Source: Candidatus Hodarchaeota archaeon (lineage in GTDB: Archaea > Asgardarchaeota > Heimdallarchaeia > Hodarchaeales > Hodarchaeaceae). Taken from it: 20,477 nt of DNA. The DNA is taken from the NCBI GenBank assembly GCA_016839815.1, contig JAEOTM010000116.1, positions 1 through 20,477 of the forward strand, read 5' to 3'. The first letter of the stretch is position 1; each line of letters opens with the position of its first letter. The notes below the pieces were generated by a model. The model did not search any database. It was not told where the DNA came from and saw nothing but the letters and a program-made list of their open reading frames with translations. A program made the translations under genes and the position numbers. Shown in pieces: positions 15,568 through 20,477 of the stretch.

Positions 15568-16851
15568 ATGTCTGATTTACGCCATAAACTAGAGATTCCA
15601 GAAGAGAATCTCAAAGAAATTAATGATTTTTTACTGAATCCTGATAATCCACTCATAAATGATCTCTTACAAGTCATAGATAAATATGGAGGAGTGGATG
15701 AAATAAATAAGAAAGCTAATGAGGCTGGCAAGTTAGAGAATTTGCTAACTCGACTTCAAAAGAAACAACCTGATTATGTTCAAGACTTGGAATGGTTAAC
15801 GGAAAAGCGTGATAAGGAAGCCTTTATTAGTCTATCAGAATATCGTAGACGGGTTTTGGGAGACAAATTATCAGAAATTCAATTTAATGACGATTTTGCT
15901 GTTACTCTTGAACTTTCCGCATGTCAGTACTTTCCTTTCTTCATCGAAGGAGCTAATTTAGCCTTAGAAAGGGAAACGTTGTTACCAGGACGCATTATCC
16001 GTGTACGAAAAATGAAGGAGCAAGAAAATGACGGCGATCTTTTAGCTATGTCTGCAGCAATGAAAATCATTGGTGCTTCTTACGTTGAAACACTTGATAC
16101 AAAAGGAACTGCTCCTGGAGAGGATGGTGCCCCAGTTAATGTCCATTTAGGAGGTCCACCGACTATTACCGGTTATTTCGGAGGAGTAGGTCAACCTAAT
16201 GATTTCGCCTTAAAATGGATTGATGAATACCTTTACTACTATACGAATTACGGTGTTCAACAGGTCTTAAACATTAATCTTGGTACAATCCTCCTGGGCT
16301 ATTTCATCCATAAATTGGGAATCAATAATGAATTCAAGATTTCTGTCTTTGTAGGGAATGATAATCCGTTCTCTTGTTTCTGGACGTTACTTGCAGCTAA
16401 GCTGTTTGCTCGAGAAGATGGTACTAGCCCCTTGATTGGATTTAATCTTTCTAACTCTGTAAACAACCAGACACTTGAACTAAGTGCCTATATTCGAGAT
16501 AATTTTGGTTTTGAAGATGTAGTCAGATTAGAGCATCATATCACTGAGACATGGAAGAGTATTGTTCGTCAACCATATGACCGTAGAGCAGAATTGGTTG
16601 AACTCGCCCCCAATGTCAAAAACATCAGTGCAAAACATGAAGGAGGGAATGTCGATGTGGAATCACAGCGTGATTATCCAACTGATATTCTCGATTATTT
16701 CCGTGATAAATCAGAGATTATTAACGCAGGTCATTGGAACTTTTTAAAACAAAATTATTTCGATCGCTTGGATGCTGTCAACTCCACTGCCTATGCACTG
16801 ACAAAAAATGGATCAAGCTTCATCGCAGCTCGTCATCTTCATCATAGATAA
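15568..16851 (+). CDS. Uncharacterised soluble enzyme-like protein (427 aa)
   Basis: Long ORF with GGAG SD. Motif-like blocks: LELSACQYFP, PGRIIRVRKMKEQE, YVETLDTKGT, NVHLGGPPTITGYFGGVGQPN, KISVFVGNDN, GFNLSNSVN, RLEHHITE, SAKHEGG. No family recognised. Confidence 0.85.
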   Translation: MSDLRHKLEIPEENLKEINDFLLNPDNPLINDLLQVIDKYGGVDEINKKANEAGKLENLLTRLQKKQPDYVQDLEWLTEKRDKEAFISLSEYRRRVLGDKLSEIQFNDDFAVTLELSACQYFPFFIEGANLALERETLLPGRIIRVRKMKEQENDGDLLAMSAAMKIIGASYVETLDTKGTAPGEDGAPVNVHLGGPPTITGYFGGVGQPNDFALKWIDEYLYYYTNYGVQQVLNINLGTILLGYFIHKLGINNEFKISVFVGNDNPFSCFWTLLAAKLFAREDGTSPLIGFNLSNSVNNQTLELSAYIRDNFGFEDVVRLEHHITETWKSIVRQPYDRRAELVELAPNVKNISAKHEGGNVDVESQRDYPTDILDYFRDKSEIINAGHWNFLKQNYFDRLDAVNSTAYALTKNGSSFIAARHLHHR

Positions 16852-16876
16852 TAGTATGAATGGATTGTGGCAGACT

Positions 16877-18040
16877 ATGAATGAAGAACTTGACTTCGAG
16901 AGTCTTAGAACAGGTGCTGGCATTTTTGAAGTATTATCAAAAGCTAAAGCACTTGAACGAGAAGGTAAAACAATTTTACACTTCGAAATTGGCCAACCCG
17001 ATTTTCATACACCAAGTCACGTAAAGGATGCAGCTAAGCAAGCGTTAGACGATAATTTCACTGGATATGTTCCTGCCGCAGGAATTCGGGGCCTTCGTGA
17101 AGCGATTCAAGATGAAATTGAACAAACTAGAGGATTTAAGCCATCACTTGAGCAAATACTAATTACTCCTGGAGCCAATCCTGGGATCTATTTCACCTTG
17201 CGAGCAATAGTCAATAAGCATGCCGATGAAGTAATTTTTTCTGATCCCAGTTTTCCTACATATGGGGCTGTACTAAATTATTTGGGTTGTGCAAAAAAGC
17301 CTATTCCATTGAAAGAAGAGAATAAATTTCGCTTAGATCCTGTTGATATCGAAGCAAACATTTCAAAAAATACGAAAGTCGTGATTATTAATTCTCCAAT
17401 GAATCCCACTGGTTCTGTAATGAAAGAGGATGAAATTAATCGAGTGGCTGAATTAGCTGAGGAACACGAGTTTTATCTCTTAACTGATGAAATCTACTCA
17501 AAAATGACCTATGATCAAAAGTTCCATTCACCAAGTACTCGAGATTGCACGAAAGAACGAACAGTTATATTGGATGGTTTTTCCAAAGCCTATAATATGA
17601 CTGGTTGGAGATTGGGATATGCTGTGGCTCCTGAACCAATTATGGATCGAATGAGTTTACTCATCTCGACAACAGTTTCGTGTGTCGCATCTTTCATACA
17701 AAGAGCAGCCATTCCAGCTTTAACAGGACCACAAACTGATCTACATAATAATATGAAAGCTTTTCGATTACGACGCGATACTATTGTTGAAGGATTGAAT
17801 AGTATCCCTGGTTTTTCATGCTTGACTCCTCAGGGAGCATTCTATACCTTTCCCAATATCAAACAGACTGGTATGTCTTCCAAAGAATTAGCTGATTTTC
17901 TTCTTACAGAAGCAGGAGTAGCTTGTTTACCAGGTACAATTTTTGGTGAACATGGAGAAGGATATCTTAGATTTTCTTACGCTACTGATGTATCAATAAT
18001 TCAACAGGCAATAGTACAAGTCAAAGATGCATTAGCATAA
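16877..18040 (+). CDS. aspC: Class I PLP aminotransferase, aspartate/aromatic type (start 16877 or 16856; 16808 overlaps the upstream gene)
   Basis: HFEIGQPDF.TP, GY.PAAGI..LREAI, INSPMNPTG, DEIY, GFSKAYNMTGWRLGY, PQGAFY.FP, GEGYLRFSYA. Substrate specificity is inferred. Confidence 0.88.
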   Translation: MNEELDFESLRTGAGIFEVLSKAKALEREGKTILHFEIGQPDFHTPSHVKDAAKQALDDNFTGYVPAAGIRGLREAIQDEIEQTRGFKPSLEQILITPGANPGIYFTLRAIVNKHADEVIFSDPSFPTYGAVLNYLGCAKKPIPLKEENKFRLDPVDIEANISKNTKVVIINSPMNPTGSVMKEDEINRVAELAEEHEFYLLTDEIYSKMTYDQKFHSPSTRDCTKERTVILDGFSKAYNMTGWRLGYAVAPEPIMDRMSLLISTTVSCVASFIQRAAIPALTGPQTDLHNNMKAFRLRRDTIVEGLNSIPGFSCLTPQGAFYTFPNIKQTGMSSKELADFLLTEAGVACLPGTIFGEHGEGYLRFSYATDVSIIQQAIVQVKDALA

Positions 18041-18084
18041 GTTGACTATTATTTTACAAATATTACTGAATAGAGGCAAATAAA

Positions 18085-19128
18085 ATGAGTATAACGAGAA
18101 TTGCGTTTATAGGATTCGGTGTAGTCGGACAAGGACTTACTGAAATCTTATTAGAACAAAAAATAGAACTTTCTGAACAGTACGGATTCGAGTTTGAGGT
18201 TGTAGCGATTTCGGACACTATGAAGGGATCTGTATATGATAAGAACGGGCTAGATCTCAAAAAAATACTTGAGATCGTAAAGGCTACTGGGAAGATTGAG
18301 AGTTACCCTGAAGGAATTAAGGGCTGGGATAGTCAGAAAACCATTGTAGAAACAAATGCTAACTTAATTGTAGAAGTATCGTGGACTGATATCAAAACAG
18401 GAGAACCAGCGATATCACATGTGAAATCCGCCATTAGCTGTTACAAACATATTGTGATGACAAACAAAGGACCCATAGCTCTTGCTGTACGCGACCTTTT
18501 GAAATTGGCGAAAAATAATGGTGTCCAAATGCGTTTTGAAGGGACAGTATTAAGTGGGACTCCCGCAATAAACCTCGGGTTGAACAATTTAGCCGGAGTA
18601 AAAATATCAAAGGTGGCTGGGATTTGTAATGGAACCACTAATTACATTCTTACTGAAATGGAGAAGGGATTAGATTATGCAAGTGCATTAAAACAAGCTC
18701 AAGAATTAGGTTATGCAGAAGCCGATCCAACTGCAGATGTTGAAGGATTTGACGCCTTAGGGAAGATAGTCATACTTGCTAATGTTGTTATGAACGCAAA
18801 TTTAACGAAAGAGGAAGTATCATGCCAGGGAATTACGCAAATTTCTCCCCAGGATATCGAAACAGCAAAAAAGGAGGGGAAACGTTGGAAACTCATTGCT
18901 AGCGCGGAAGTTCAATCCGATGGGTTTGTAAAAGCGTCTGTGAAACCAGAAAAGTTACCTTTAGAACATCCCCTCTCAGCAGTGAGTGGTCCAATTAATG
19001 CCTTGACCTACACTACCAAACATTTAGGGGATGTAACAATTATTGGTCCTGGAGCAGGTCGGGCGGCTACAGGGTACGCCCTTTTAACGGATATTTTAGA
19101 TATTCATCGTACAATCTCACGACCATAA
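18085..19128 (+). CDS. hom: Homoserine dehydrogenase (no ACT domain)
   Basis: GFGVVG Rossmann motif, HIVMTNKGP, FEGTVLSGTP, GICNGTTNYIL, AQELGYAEADPTADVEGFDALGK, GPGAG..ATG. Confidence 0.96.
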   Translation: MSITRIAFIGFGVVGQGLTEILLEQKIELSEQYGFEFEVVAISDTMKGSVYDKNGLDLKKILEIVKATGKIESYPEGIKGWDSQKTIVETNANLIVEVSWTDIKTGEPAISHVKSAISCYKHIVMTNKGPIALAVRDLLKLAKNNGVQMRFEGTVLSGTPAINLGLNNLAGVKISKVAGICNGTTNYILTEMEKGLDYASALKQAQELGYAEADPTADVEGFDALGKIVILANVVMNANLTKEEVSCQGITQISPQDIETAKKEGKRWKLIASAEVQSDGFVKASVKPEKLPLEHPLSAVSGPINALTYTTKHLGDVTIIGPGAGRAATGYALLTDILDIHRTISRP

Positions 19129-19152
19129 ATCTCGACTCAAAGAGGAAGTAAA

Positions 19153-20477
19153 ATGGGTTATTTGGAAAAGTATCTAGAACTAGACCTAAGTGCAGAAAAA
19201 ATTACGGAACAAAACTTTGATAAATCATATGGTAAGAAATGGATTGGAGGGAAAGGACTTGGTGCAAAAATCCTGTATGACTCCCTCTCCCCAGATACTC
19301 ATCCTCTTAGTCCTGAGAATGTGTTATTGTTTATGACAGGCCCACTTACGGGGACTGCAGTTCAAACGTCAGGACGCTGGACAGTTGTTACGAAGTCTCC
19401 TCATACGGGGATATTTTTAGATAGTCATGTTGGAGGAAAGTTCGGTCATAGACTTAAACGAGCAGGGTATGACTATATTTTGATTAAGGGGAAAGCTTCT
19501 GAGCCAAAATATCTAGAGGTCACCTCTGAACGTGTAGATCTGCATACAGCTACTGAACTTTGGGGAAAAGGAACATACGAAACTGAATCTCTTCTCAAAC
19601 AGAAGCACAAGGGTGTTGAAGTAAGTGCAATCGGACCTGCAGGAGAAAACCTTGTTTCATTTGCGAATATTGTTACTGATAGAACTCATACAGCAGGTCG
19701 AGGAGGAGCGGGTGCAGTTATGGGTTCAAAGAATCTGAAAGCCATTATAGCAACAGGTTCTGAACAAATCGCTGCAGATAATCCTGACCGATTTAGAGAA
19801 TTAACACGTATATTCACCAAGAAAGTCCGTAATAATCCTGGAGTCAAACGTAGACACGAAATTGGCACGGTTATGTGGGTAAAGATGGCAAATGAGGCTG
19901 GATTTCTTCCTACGCATAATTTTCAATCAGGAGTATTTGATTATGCAGATCAGATTTCAGGAGAGCGGATGCGTGATGAATATGTTGTTGGGCATACAGC
20001 TTGTTATCGGTGTAGTATTGCCTGTGGTAAAACTACCAAATATGAACAGGGAAAGTACGCAGGACTCGAAGTTGATGGTCCTGAATATGAGACATCAGCA
20101 CTTCTAGGTGCAAGCTGTGGTCTAAAAGACCTCGGAGCAATCGCAAAAGCAAATGAAATCTGTGATGATCTGGGTATCGATACAATAACTGCAGGGGGAA
20201 CAATCGCGTTTGCTATGGAAGCTACTGAGAAAGGCCTTCTGAGACAAACTGACGTCAAATCTCTTGAATTTGGAAATGATGATGCTGTTCATGAGATGTT
20301 GCGACAGATTGCTAATCGAAACGGAATTGGGGATTTCTTCTCCCAAGGTTCATTATCTGCTGCCAATAAACTCGGTCATGATAGTAGAGCGTATGCTATC
20401 CAAGTGAAAGGACTGGAGTTAGCAGGTGTGGAACCACGTGGTTCGTTTGGAATGGCCCTTGCATATTCTACATCGGA
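19153..20477 (+). CDS. aor: Aldehyde:ferredoxin oxidoreductase family (tungsten-pterin/4Fe-4S), 3'-truncated; absent from the ORF track
   Basis: Hand-translated with no stop to the window end: MGYLEKYLELDLS..WIGGKGLG..TGPLTG..SGRWTVVTKSPHTG..DSHVGGKF..KRAGYD..IGPAGENLV..AGRGGAGAVMGSKNLKAI..CYRCSIACGK..GPEYET..CDDLGIDTI..VKGLE..EPRG. GAGGA SD at 19142-19146. Confidence 0.95.
   Translation, partial: MGYLEKYLELDLSAEKITEQNFDKSYGKKWIGGKGLGAKILYDSLSPDTHPLSPENVLLFMTGPLTGTAVQTSGRWTVVTKSPHTGIFLDSHVGGKFGHRLKRAGYDYILIKGKASEPKYLEVTSERVDLHTATELWGKGTYETESLLKQKHKGVEVSAIGPAGENLVSFANIVTDRTHTAGRGGAGAVMGSKNLKAIIATGSEQIAADNPDRFRELTRIFTKKVRNNPGVKRRHEIGTVMWVKMANEAGFLPTHNFQSGVFDYADQISGERMRDEYVVGHTACYRCSIACGKTTKYEQGKYAGLEVDGPEYETSALLGASCGLKDLGAIAKANEICDDLGIDTITAGGTIAFAMEATEKGLLRQTDVKSLEFGNDDAVHEMLRQIANRNGIGDFFSQGSLSAANKLGHDSRAYAIQVKGLELAGVEPRGSFGMALAYSTS

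Noticed and set aside
16808-16876. ORF-track start of the aminotransferase at 16808
   Set aside because: It overlaps the upstream gene by 44 nt and adds a non-family extension; 16856 or 16877 fit better.
49-18896. Other short overlapping ORFs (49..270, 5146..5409, 6481..6798, 6533..6823, 7039..7284, 8967..9200, 10353..10571, 10907..11152, 12095..12427, 12277..12465, 12958..13203, 13689..13886, 14559..14804, 15549..15731, 16562..16747, 18063..18260, 18441..18638, 18711..18896)
   Set aside because: They lie within or almost wholly overlap longer, motif-supported CDSs and have no recognisable motifs.
19686-20346. Short ORFs 19686..19868, 19892..20107, 20004..20258 and 20122..20346
   Set aside because: Shadow frames within the AOR coding sequence.
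1-20477. CRISPR array, tRNA, rRNA, IS elements or prophage genes
   Set aside because: No regularly spaced nucleotide repeats, cloverleafs, transposase, integrase or viral motifs seen; all intergenic gaps are about 240 nt or shorter.

Overview
AT-rich, densely coding archaeal chromosomal window with 18 supportable CDSs, two of them cut by the window edges. I see no rRNA, tRNA, CRISPR array or mobile element. Archaeal signals (GGTGA/AGGT Shine-Dalgarno sites, TATA boxes, oligo-T terminators), a stand-alone Lrp/AsnC RAM domain, PGF-CTERM-like anchored surface proteins and a NosD-type 'GNGTxxDPYIIE' glycoprotein suggest an Asgard archaeon, probably Heimdallarchaeia-like (inference). Left part: Kelch/FN3 surface protein, APH/choline-kinase-fold protein with HGN in place of HGD, two ICMT/PEMT-family methyltransferases flanking an amidohydrolase, fused Fe-S L-serine dehydratase, PC4-like small protein, surface protein and class I aminotransferase. 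Middle: 975-aa repeat/beta-helix surface glycoprotein, a cryptic minimal protein-kinase-like ORF, a 2-TM protein and a full-length choline-transporter-like (CTL/SLC44/Pns1-like) membrane protein. Right part: a RAM-domain gene divergent from an apparent operon of an uncharacterised 427-aa protein, aspartate aminotransferase, homoserine dehydrogenase and aldehyde:ferredoxin oxidoreductase (AOR; missing from the ORF track). The best leads are this operon (possible ferredoxin-linked aspartate/homoserine route), the eukaryote-like CTL transporter and the hidden kinase. All family calls are by-eye motif recognition, not database searches.
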